64,000 bases of DNA, from NCBI GenBank assembly GCA_042568205.1, contig JBHPJE010000007.1, forward strand, positions 35 through 64,034, given 5' to 3'. Below are positions 45,522-55,300 of this stretch, one piece after another (the stretch's first letter is position 1; each line of letters starts with the position of its first letter). A model generated the notes under the pieces. That model was given only the letters and a program-made list of their open reading frames with translations, was not told the origin of the DNA and ran no database searches. The position numbers were made by a program, and so were the translations under genes. The DNA is from Patescibacteria group bacterium. Lineage in GTDB: Bacteria; Patescibacteriota; Gracilibacteria; UBA1369; PNNO01.

Positions 45522-45713
45522 TCAGGTCAAGTTAATATTTGTTGTAGAAATTTTCGACAGCGACATAGTACCATGAAATTTTTTATTTGAAAAGAAAGGG
45601 AATAGATGTGGTTGTAAGTTCTTTCGACACTGGTTTTCGGCTTGTGTAAAAGCTATTGCAAAGGTTCGTGAAAGTAATAAATTAAAGGTTGTATTATTAT
45701 TAATCCTGAAAAA

Positions 45714-47132
45714 ATGGAACCAGCAACAATCCCAATGGCAAAAGTTCATACTTTGTCAGGGACACGATCGAAACTCTCAAAGATTGCACATGACGATCCA
45801 AAACTGTTAAAGGAAAAAATCCTCGAAATTATAAAAAAAGAGGAGGTAGCATATTTTAAATGTCAATTTACGGATCTAACTGGTGTTATCAAATCAATTA
45901 CAATGCCGATTTCAAAAGTAGAAGATGCAATTGAAAGTAATGTTTGGTTTGATGGTTCTTCTATTGAAGGATTTACTCGAATATTTGAGTCAGATATGTA
46001 CCTTAAACTTGATTTAAGTACTTTTGCGATAATCCCATGGTCTCGCGACAGAGGACGCGTTACAGCGCGATTTATTTGTGATGTTTATACTCCTGATGGT
46101 GAACCTTTTGAAGGGGATCCAAGATATATCCTAAAAAAACAGATTGAACGTGCAAAAAAACTTGGTTTAACTTTTTATACTGGTCCTGAGTTAGAATTTT
46201 TTCTATTTAAAAAAGAAAATGGAGAAATAAAAACTCTTCCACATGATAAAGCTGGTTATTTTGATTTTTCAACTGACTTGGCAGTTGATATTCGTAAAGA
46301 AATCACAGATTGTTTAATTGATTTGGATATTGATGTAGAAACTTTACATCATGAAGTTGCAGAAGGACAGCATGAGATCAATTTTACTTATTCTGATGCT
46401 TTAACAACTGCTGATAACGCTGCAACTCTTAAGTTTACAGTTAAGGCGGTTGCTCAAAAATATGGCTTACATGCAACATTTATGCCAAAACCTATTATGG
46501 GTCAAAATGGATCAGGAATGCATATCCATCAATCAATCTTTAAAAACGGTGAAAATGCATTTTTTGATGAAAATAGTGAAACAAAACTATCAACTATGGC
46601 TCATAATTTTATTGCTGGGCAGTTAAAACACATCAAAGGAATGGCTGCGATTCTAAATCCAATTGTGAATTCATATAAAAGACTCGTTGCTGGTTATGAA
46701 GCTCCAACTTATATTGCTTGGGGGAATACAAACCGTTCAGCATTGATTAGAATTCCTCGATATACGCCTGGTCGTGAAAAATCAACGCGTGCAGAGCTTA
46801 GAAATCCAGATCCAAGTTGTAATCCATATCTTGCGTTTGCTGTAATGCTAGCTGCAGGACTTGATGGGATTGAAAATGAAATAAATCCACCTGCACCTGT
46901 AGATGAAGATATTTATGAGCTTAATGAAGCGCGTGCAAAAGAGCTTCAAATAGATAGTTTGCCATATAATTTATGGGAAGCTACAAAAGAATTAGAAAAA
47001 GATGATGTGATTCGTGCTGCATTAGGAGAACATGCATTTCAATCTATTTATAGCGCAAATAAAGCACAATGGTTTGATTATAAAACCTATGTAACTAAGT
47101 GGGAGTATGATAAATACTTAATGAACCACTAA
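45714..47132 (+). CDS. glnA: glutamine synthetase, type I
   Basis: The 472-aa ORF has the motifs FDGSSIEGF, KPIMGQNGSGMHIHQS and NRSALIRIP. The start could alternatively be the Met 7 codons downstream. Confidence 0.94.
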   Translation: MEPATIPMAKVHTLSGTRSKLSKIAHDDPKLLKEKILEIIKKEEVAYFKCQFTDLTGVIKSITMPISKVEDAIESNVWFDGSSIEGFTRIFESDMYLKLDLSTFAIIPWSRDRGRVTARFICDVYTPDGEPFEGDPRYILKKQIERAKKLGLTFYTGPELEFFLFKKENGEIKTLPHDKAGYFDFSTDLAVDIRKEITDCLIDLDIDVETLHHEVAEGQHEINFTYSDALTTADNAATLKFTVKAVAQKYGLHATFMPKPIMGQNGSGMHIHQSIFKNGENAFFDENSETKLSTMAHNFIAGQLKHIKGMAAILNPIVNSYKRLVAGYEAPTYIAWGNTNRSALIRIPRYTPGREKSTRAELRNPDPSCNPYLAFAVMLAAGLDGIENEINPPAPVDEDIYELNEARAKELQIDSLPYNLWEATKELEKDDVIRAALGEHAFQSIYSANKAQWFDYKTYVTKWEYDKYLMNH

Positions 47133-48118
47133 TTAACACAGACATTAAGAACGAACTGCTCTAAAGCCAATCTGATTTCTTTCTTATCATCCGCAAGCAT
47201 TCGAATCTTACCTGTTTTAATTCCTATATCAATCCCTAGCAAAGTCTCATATATACCATGCAAAGTCTCAGCTGAAAAGTTGGGACTTTGTTGCATTGTT
47301 GTTGAAATTGTATATGGATGTTCTTTAATTTTGCTGATAATTTCTGGTTTTGGATTGCCGCGGTCAACAAGATCTTTAACCTGAATCAAAATTCTAAAGT
47401 GACGAACAATCATAAAGATAATTTTCATAATATCTTCACCACTTTCAATTAAAATATTTAAAGTTCGCAGTGAACCCTTGGCGTTTCTTTGCGCTATGTA
47501 ATCAGTAAATTTGAAAATCGAAGTTGTAAGGTTAGGATGAACAAGCTCATCTATTGCTTCTGGTGTAATTGGCTGAGTTTTACTGTAAGTTTTTAACTTA
47601 TGAAGCTCATTATTAAGATTCCAGAGATCGCTGCCAGCAACTTCTCCTAAATAATTTGCTGTTTTTGAGTCCAGATTAAATCCAATCGCTTTAGCACGAT
47701 CATTTATCCATCTATTTAGTTCAGGGCCCATTAAGGCCTTATATTCATCCAAATTTCCTACTTTATTTAGCTTCTTATATAAAGATGCACGCTTATCTGG
47801 CAATTTTATTGTTTCAATAAAAATTAAAATGCAAAAATCAGGGATTTCTCCTTCTAAAATTTCAGCAACCTTCTTTTGTTCATCTTTTGAACCTTTTGCT
47901 AAGAAATCTTTAACAATAACCATGCGTTTCTCTGCTAAAAACGGTGTAGATTGAATGTCTGACTCTAGATTCTTAGATTCTAAACCTTTGCCTTCTAATA
48001 CAGCAATATTGATATCACCTTCGTATTTTTTTTCAAATTGATCACGCCAATAGTTCAACTTTTGAGTTGATGAATATGTGTCTTCTCCAAAAAATAAATG
48101 TACGTTCTTTTTAGGCAT
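47129..48118 (-). CDS. holA: DNA polymerase III subunit delta
   Basis: The 329-aa ORF has the HolA N-terminal pattern (HLFFGEDTYSSTQKL, PFLAEKRMVIVKD) and a helical C-terminal domain. Confidence 0.82.
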   Translation of the reverse strand: MPKKNVHLFFGEDTYSSTQKLNYWRDQFEKKYEGDINIAVLEGKGLESKNLESDIQSTPFLAEKRMVIVKDFLAKGSKDEQKKVAEILEGEIPDFCILIFIETIKLPDKRASLYKKLNKVGNLDEYKALMGPELNRWINDRAKAIGFNLDSKTANYLGEVAGSDLWNLNNELHKLKTYSKTQPITPEAIDELVHPNLTTSIFKFTDYIAQRNAKGSLRTLNILIESGEDIMKIIFMIVRHFRILIQVKDLVDRGNPKPEIISKIKEHPYTISTTMQQSPNFSAETLHGIYETLLGIDIGIKTGKIRMLADDKKEIRLALEQFVLNVCVN

Positions 48119-48149
48119 ATATTATTTAGTAGGGGACAGAAGTATAATT

Positions 48150-48184
48150 AAAAAAGCCCTGCTGAGCAAGTCAGCAGAGCTTTT
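48150..48184 (-). terminator. Rho-independent terminator (bidirectional hairpin) after the giant-gene operon
   Basis: Stem gc(c)ctgctga/tcagcag(a)gc (48156-48180) has a gcaag loop. It has a T6 run on the minus strand (plus-strand A-run at 48150-48155) and a T4 run on the plus strand. Confidence 0.65.
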
Positions 48185-48202
48185 GACTAGGACTTTCGCA
48201 AA

Positions 48203-51200
48203 CTAGAACACTTCAGAAGTTACATTTACTAATTCTCCAAGGATTGGAGGAGTGTTTAAATAGATTCTATTATCGAATCTAATTAAGATTGCAGCTTCTT
48301 CTTTGGTAGGATCACCAGCGAATGTTCTGTATTTAAATAAATGTTGGATATCACCATAGATTGATCCATAGTGAACTAATGGATTTTCATTATATTGTTC
48401 GTTTTCAGCACAAGTTCCTTCACACATTCTTCCACCTTCACCATTTTCACCCTCTTGAACGAAGAACACACCATTAGTTTCTTCAACTCCAGGAGCTACT
48501 AAGATATCTCCTCCAATAACAATTAATGCTAATGAAGGGATTTGTCTTGGATCAGTTAGATCAGAAGGATCTCTGAATTTAATATCTTCAGTGATTTCAA
48601 CATCACCACCAATTACTACGATAGTTTGTGCACCATTACTGAATTCACCACCTAATTTTAGTTTTCCAGTATTTTTCTTTACATAAACTTTACTAGAACT
48701 ATCAGGCAATGAATTGCTTCCATTAATTTCTGTTTTATTATCAAGAACTCTATCGTATCTTGCAAATAGATCAATATTTCGTGCGATATTCTGAACAATT
48801 GCAAATTGAGTTAAGTCATCAGAAGTTTTAAGAGTAATTTCACAAATTAATGATGAAATTCTTTCAATATCTTCATATCCTTCAATTTCTTGGTCTTTAT
48901 CTTTACATAATCTATCACTAAATGCAGATAGAATACTTTCACCTTCACCAGATTTAACTAAATCAGGAGTATCAATATCAGGTCTGATAATAGGAACTGG
49001 TACATTTTCGATTTCTGAACAAGATAAAGTATCAACACCATAATCAAATGGATTTTCTAAGAATACTTCACCACCAGATCTAACAATGATGAAAGGACAA
49101 GGGATAATAACTTCAGCTTCGTTATTATAATCTTTGTCATTTTCATCGAATCCAGCTTCATCATCAAATCTAGCAACATTTGGATAGATTTCACCACAAA
49201 CTCCTTGATCAGTTAGATCATGATCTTGATCACTACAGTTAGATGGACTAACTACTGTATCAACATCACCACTATAAGTGATAAGAACTTCTCTTCGTGG
49301 TGGAACATTTTCAATTTCAACACCTGAACGATCTCCAATATCTCCGTTGTAACAAAGATCATCAGAAGTATCATCACAATCTTCAATAATTCCTTCACCT
49401 TCTACCCATATTTCCATTGAACCTTCATCATAATAGATTCTTCCACCTTCTGGTGCATCATCTAAATCTGACATAGTACTTGCAATGTAACCTTGGATAT
49501 AACCATCACGACCAATTGTGTCAGTGATTGTTACATCTTGTTCTTCATCATTTCTGTGTTCGTACATAATTCTGTAATCAACATTGTTATCACTAAAGTT
49601 GATTGCAGCTCTTGAACTAAATGAAGCAGAACCTGCATCTTCATCTTTTACATTTTTATCAAATTGAGGAGGATAAACAACTCTATCTAAATCATCATTA
49701 CATTCATCTTCCCATTCAGGTACCCAAACTTCTACATGATCAGCACCTTCAAGGTCTTCTTCTTCAATAATGAAGCAGTCATCTTCATCAACATCTACTA
49801 AGAATTCATCGTCTCCATCTACAGAAACATAAACTCCAGTAGATTGAACTGGCCAATCTGTATCATCTACACAGATTTCATTATCACGACCTCTTTCAAA
49901 TTCTTCTTCTTCAAGTCTGAATCGTTCACATTCACGTTCAGGACTTGTGATTTCATCTTCACAATCTTCATCATTATATTCAATTAAAGCTTTAGCTTCT
50001 AAAATATCCTCAGGAATTGATCCTGGGAAATTGAAATCATCGAAATCAATACAAGGATCACCTTGAGTATTAGTACTAAATACTATTTCTCCGTCTCTAA
50101 TTACATTCCATTCAATTTCATTGTTATAACCTTGAACAGTTGTTTCAACGTTAATATCTACGCAATATTCTTTTTCTTCATCTGTATCGAATACATCATA
50201 TTGAGGACGGAAGTCTAAATCTAAACAAACACCTCCATATTGATGTTCTTCAGTTTCATAACTGTCTGCACAAGCTGCAACATCAGTATCAAGTACATCA
50301 ATTGTCATTGTTCCTTGTTCTTGAGCTCTTGCTTCAATTTGAACATTTGCAGGAGCAATAGCACATTGAGGACTTGTTACCCAAATTGAATCTCTAAAGT
50401 CTATATTAGTATTAGAGTAACAATATTTGATTAATGGTTGCTCACCTTCAAACATGAATGGATTATTATCTGTATCAGTTGGTCCTTCTAGAACAATAGG
50501 TACCCAATTATTTAACTCTACTAATGCAGTATTTAATTTACCTGGATTAGTTTTAAGTTCTTTACATTCAGGTGGCTCAGTGTCTGGTTGATAAATAATT
50601 TTAATTGAATCTCCACAAGGAAGTTCCCAGCTTTCTTCATCATTAATATCATTGATTGCTGTAATTCTAATAATTGAACTAGTTTTTGCAGGATTAGGTA
50701 ATCCATTTAAATAAACAGTTCTACTAGTAGTTACTAAATCTTCAGATCCAGGTCCTCCTGGAGTTTCTGAAATAGTGATTCCTCCACGTTTTGAAGGATC
50801 TACATAATATCTATAACCTTCAATTACATTAGGATCAGAATCTAATCTAACTTCTAATGGTTCGTTAACTAAAGGTTCATCAACTGTGATAGTTGCAGGT
50901 ACAAATACTGCACCTTTCCCATCATCAGCTTCAGTTGGTCTGACAATTTCTAATAAATTACAATATCCTGGTTCGTCATCATCTGGTGGTTCTGGAGTTG
51001 CTTCGAATTCAAGGTAAATTACTACATAATAATCTTGAGATGAATTAAACCATCCATTTTTACTACTTCCTGTTCTAACAGTTACACCTTCATGAGTTAA
51101 AGAAGTTAAATCTGCAGGTGCTAAATGTCCATAACCTTCTAATTTACTAATATGCGCATCTACTGGTTGAAGAGTAAATGGCACTCCATTAGAAGTGATA

Positions 51201-51769
51201 TCTACGTCTGCCCAAATTTTTCTTGGTTTTGTATTATCTGCAGAAATTAATGCTCTTGGGCTAAATGATGTTTGTGGAGTTGAACTTCCCCAATGATCTA
51301 CTTTTAATCCAACGCCTTTTGCATAAATATCATCTCCACCTATTGCATTGTTATGCATATAAATCCACAATCCGAATTTTTTTGTTTCATTTGGATCTCC
51401 CGAAAAATATAGTTCATGTCGAATATCATCCTGGTCAAACTGATATGAAGGATAATTATCCCATGGAGATGGATAAGGCATTCCAGCGAACTGAGCTCTT
51501 GCTTTTTCAATATAAACAAACTGCCTTTCATCATATAATCTACCATCTTCAGTTGGGTAGTTATAATAATTGTTGAAAGAAGGAAAGCTTAAACCTGTAC
51601 CATAAGGCCCATTAAAACTAATTCCATCGTTATGGAAATCTTGACAGCTGCCTCCTGGGCAAGAAGAAGATTCATTCGTAGCTCCATAATCAGCAACAGC
51701 AACAGATGCAGTTAGCATAGTTGCAATTGAGAGAGCTCCGATAATGAGTAATTTAATTTTTGTTTTCAT
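48203..51769 (-). CDS. 1,188-aa acidic, Cys-rich secreted protein of unknown function
   Basis: The Sec signal peptide is MKTKIKLLIIGALSIATMLTASVAVA. The mature part is strongly Asp/Glu-rich with many Cys. The C-terminal region has beta-helix-like repeats (IVVIGGDVEITEDI; LIVIGGDILVAPGV). I recognise no catalytic motif. Confidence 0.7.
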   Translation of the reverse strand: MKTKIKLLIIGALSIATMLTASVAVADYGATNESSSCPGGSCQDFHNDGISFNGPYGTGLSFPSFNNYYNYPTEDGRLYDERQFVYIEKARAQFAGMPYPSPWDNYPSYQFDQDDIRHELYFSGDPNETKKFGLWIYMHNNAIGGDDIYAKGVGLKVDHWGSSTPQTSFSPRALISADNTKPRKIWADVDITSNGVPFTLQPVDAHISKLEGYGHLAPADLTSLTHEGVTVRTGSSKNGWFNSSQDYYVVIYLEFEATPEPPDDDEPGYCNLLEIVRPTEADDGKGAVFVPATITVDEPLVNEPLEVRLDSDPNVIEGYRYYVDPSKRGGITISETPGGPGSEDLVTTSRTVYLNGLPNPAKTSSIIRITAINDINDEESWELPCGDSIKIIYQPDTEPPECKELKTNPGKLNTALVELNNWVPIVLEGPTDTDNNPFMFEGEQPLIKYCYSNTNIDFRDSIWVTSPQCAIAPANVQIEARAQEQGTMTIDVLDTDVAACADSYETEEHQYGGVCLDLDFRPQYDVFDTDEEKEYCVDINVETTVQGYNNEIEWNVIRDGEIVFSTNTQGDPCIDFDDFNFPGSIPEDILEAKALIEYNDEDCEDEITSPERECERFRLEEEEFERGRDNEICVDDTDWPVQSTGVYVSVDGDDEFLVDVDEDDCFIIEEEDLEGADHVEVWVPEWEDECNDDLDRVVYPPQFDKNVKDEDAGSASFSSRAAINFSDNNVDYRIMYEHRNDEEQDVTITDTIGRDGYIQGYIASTMSDLDDAPEGGRIYYDEGSMEIWVEGEGIIEDCDDTSDDLCYNGDIGDRSGVEIENVPPRREVLITYSGDVDTVVSPSNCSDQDHDLTDQGVCGEIYPNVARFDDEAGFDENDKDYNNEAEVIIPCPFIIVRSGGEVFLENPFDYGVDTLSCSEIENVPVPIIRPDIDTPDLVKSGEGESILSAFSDRLCKDKDQEIEGYEDIERISSLICEITLKTSDDLTQFAIVQNIARNIDLFARYDRVLDNKTEINGSNSLPDSSSKVYVKKNTGKLKLGGEFSNGAQTIVVIGGDVEITEDIKFRDPSDLTDPRQIPSLALIVIGGDILVAPGVEETNGVFFVQEGENGEGGRMCEGTCAENEQYNENPLVHYGSIYGDIQHLFKYRTFAGDPTKEEAAILIRFDNRIYLNTPPILGELVNVTSEVF

Positions 51770-51794
51770 TTTATAAAGTTAAATAAATAATTAA

Positions 51795-52325
51795 TTAAAG
51801 ATTGCCAAGACCTTCGGTCTTTTCATTTCCTTTGTTTTCTTCTCTAGCTGGAATAATTCCTAAAGTTAATTCCAAATCTTTTGTTTTTTCTAAAGAAACA
51901 TCTTCTCCGCCTATATTAAGGTATGAACTTTCATCTACTTCAAAATTAACAATACTTTGTTTAACGACATCAAACTTTAAAGTTGCTAATGTTGTTGTTT
52001 TGCTATCAAAATACTCTTTTGATAAATCATAAGAAATTGTATCTCCTATTGTTGCTACTGACACGCCATCAGCAGTTTCATTTTTTAGAATTTTTAAAGA
52101 TTCATTATCGAAAGTTACTTTGATTTTTCCGGATTTAGCTTCTTTTGGATTAAGAAGATTAATTTGTACTTCCGGATTATCTTTTTCGAAGTAGAAATCG
52201 CTTTCGCTGACTACTTCTACTGTAGAAGGTTGTGCATTCATATAAAACCAACCGCCAACTAGTATAACTAGTGCAATGACTGCTAGTGATATGAATCCAT
52301 TTCGTTGTTTTGTAGATGATTTCAT
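51795..52325 (-). CDS. 176-aa N-terminally membrane-anchored beta-rich protein of unknown function
   Basis: The ORF has the TM helix FISLAVIALVILVGGWFY followed by a ~130-aa beta-sandwich-like region (TLATLKFDVVKQ). It ends in KTEGLGNL. It lies 25 nt upstream of the 1,188-aa gene and 40 nt downstream of the 2,024-aa gene. Confidence 0.6.
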   Translation of the reverse strand: MKSSTKQRNGFISLAVIALVILVGGWFYMNAQPSTVEVVSESDFYFEKDNPEVQINLLNPKEAKSGKIKVTFDNESLKILKNETADGVSVATIGDTISYDLSKEYFDSKTTTLATLKFDVVKQSIVNFEVDESSYLNIGGEDVSLEKTKDLELTLGIIPAREENKGNEKTEGLGNL

Positions 52326-52365
52326 TTTTTTATTTTGTTATAAATATAATTAATTTTATTTAAGT

Positions 52366-55300
52366 TTATAAATTTCCTGTACCTTCAGTTTGAGGACCTT
52401 GAACAGCTGTATCAGGTTGTGGATTTTGTGGAGTTCCACCTCCTGTTGTTTGATCTTGAGTAGGAGCTCTATGTTGAGTAGGAGTTTTGTGTGGTGTTTC
52501 TCTTCTTGGTGGGGTTGGAGTCTTTCTTCTTTTAAATTTATGTCCTGAGTAAATTCCAGCGGTAAATTGACCATAAGCTTTCTTTTCTGTTCTACCAACT
52601 CTGATATTTACATCAGCTCCAGCACCAAATAATCTTCCTCGTTTCACCCCTTTAAGAGTGATTCCGATTCTTTGATGAACAGCTACTGTTCCATTTCCAC
52701 ATTTTAAGTATGGACCAGCATAGATTTTAGTTTCAGCTACATGGAATATGTATTTATTATCGAATGTATATGTTGATTCTCCATTTAACTGGGCGTTTCG
52801 GATTCCAAGAACAATTGTCTTGAAGTCGTTAAATGCAGCTGCGTGAGTTTTTAATACTGTTTCTAAATTCTTTCCATTTAGATTTTGAATTATCTTTGTT
52901 AATCCTTTAAATTTTGGAACTCCAAGTATTGATAATAATGGTGAAACACCATTTCTATCGTACATTGAAAGTAAAAGTTGAGATAATTCAGATTCTAAGA
53001 ATTTCTTCTTAACACTTGTTTTTTCAAGATTCTTAGTTGGAAGAGGAGACATCATTCTTAATATAAGATTTGCTGCTGCTCTTTCATTTGCATCCGGAGA
53101 ATTTACATTAAGCCTGGTTGGTTTAATCATTTTTAATGTATCTTTGAATGCCTTATTGTCAGTATCTGAACCAAATGCTGTAGGCATTGATTGTAAGCTT
53201 CCGAATCTATGTGTATATGAACCATATTTAATACCTGCCTTCAAAGGAAGACTCTTTTTACTTTTTAGGAATTTTTGTAATTGTTCATGATTTTGCGGCA
53301 TACAAAGTAAAAGATAGTTTGCTATCCCATTAACTGAAGCTCCTTTATATTTTTTTCTAATTTCTTTCCATTGATCTCTATTATTTTCAATGAATTTTCT
53401 AATAAATCTCTTCATATATCTCATAAATAATCTGTTCCTAACTTGTAATCTTCGAGTGATTACTTTTGGATATTTTTTATTATGATCAAGAAGTTTCGTG
53501 AAACTCTTATCTAATAAATAAGAATAAATAAGATTTTTTTCTTGTTCATTCAAGGATGCAAGTTTCGTGCCTTTCGTATAAATGCCGTTTTGCTTTGCAT
53601 ATTGTTTATATCTTGCAGCAATTGTTCTAAACCATGTTGTTTTAAATTTATTTTCTCCATCTGGTGTTTTTAATTTTCCAACACCAATGTTGAAAGGTCT
53701 TCTGAATTTTTTATCAGCATAAATTAAATCACCAAATTTCTTTAACTGTAATTTTTTAGTTCGAACACGTTCAATGTTTCTATATTTCATTGCATCATGT
53801 AAGTCAGTAGTCATTTTTTGAGCCTGAGGCCTTGTATAATCAGCTTTAAGGTCAATAAATGATTCATGATTTCTTTTGCTGTTTTTATATTCAGCTAAAG
53901 TCATTACATTTGAAGGTCTTTTTGTCATAACAGGTCTTCCATTTACAAGTTTTGTATCGTAGTGTTGCCTTCCTAATGCTTCATTTTTTACCCTTTGATA
54001 TTTTTCACCTTTGAATTTGTATAACGACCAAGGTGAAGAATTTCTTATAGTTCCATTATCAAGATCCGGATTTGCTTTGAATGCAATTACATGCAAATTC
54101 ATTGCTCCTCTTTTTTGGAATGGATATCTATAAGTACTTCTTGTTACATATAAATCTTTAACTAAATTAGCTGAAAGTAAGAACCTGTTATTTGCTCTAT
54201 CAAGAATCAATCCTCTCGCTTTCATTGCAGGATCCATTAAAACTTCAACATTACTATCCATAGTTTGTAATGGTGTTAAAGCAAGTAACCATCCTTTTGG
54301 ATTTCTTGGATCTTTTACTTTTTCAACGTGAATGTTTAATTTAGAAAAAGTTTTTTTAGCTAATTCAAAAGTACTTTGGAAAGTATCAACTTGTCCTTTT
54401 TTCTTTGGTTTTTTGTTTGGACCTTCTTGACCACTTCCTCGACTATATTTACCATCAGCAATATTTGCACTTTTTTCACCAGTTCTTCTTGCAACACCTG
54501 ATCTTCCTAAATTTGAATCAAAATATAAAATTCCACTCGTAGCTTCAATTACATATGGTGCAATTTTAAAATTTCTTAATCCTTGTTTTCTTAGTTTTTG
54601 TCTTAATTCAAATTCAACAGCTTTTCGTTGCATGTAATCTGAATATTTTGGATGCGCATGCCTAACTACATAAGTAACTTCAGTTCCTGGTATTTTAAAA
54701 GTGATATATGCACCAACACCAACTGAAGCAAGTTTTCCTGATTTCGCATCAATACCTAGAAATGCACCAGCACCAATTCCAAGCAGCCAAGGTACTTTCA
54801 TCTTTCTTTTTGCATATTCAACCCAATCTTTTCTGGCTTCTTTATAAAGATCAACTATAGTTGCATTGTCTTTTATTTTTGCCTTCGTTTTAATTTTCTT
54901 CATTACTCTACCAAAAGTCGGATGATTAAGAATTAATGAAGCTGCTTTATCAATTTTTCCATCATCAATGGCTCTATCAATATCTTTGATATTTCTTAAT
55001 TCCATACTTTCTTTAACTTGACGTTTTTCTGATCTATCTCTGTCCCATATGCCACCAACAGCACCACCTACACCTACAGTCTTTCCTTTATAATCAGCTC
55101 CTGCACTTATACTGAAATACAAATTATAATCTGTTTTTCCAATAGGCATTTCAAGCCCTATTGCAGCACCTGCAAAAGTAGCTGTAGCACCTACTGTATA
55201 TCTGAAACTTAATTTTTTACCTGCTTTAATTGCACCGTTAATTCCTAAAAATGGAATACATCTTTCTTGAATTGTTCTTCCTTGCTGACCAAATACACCA

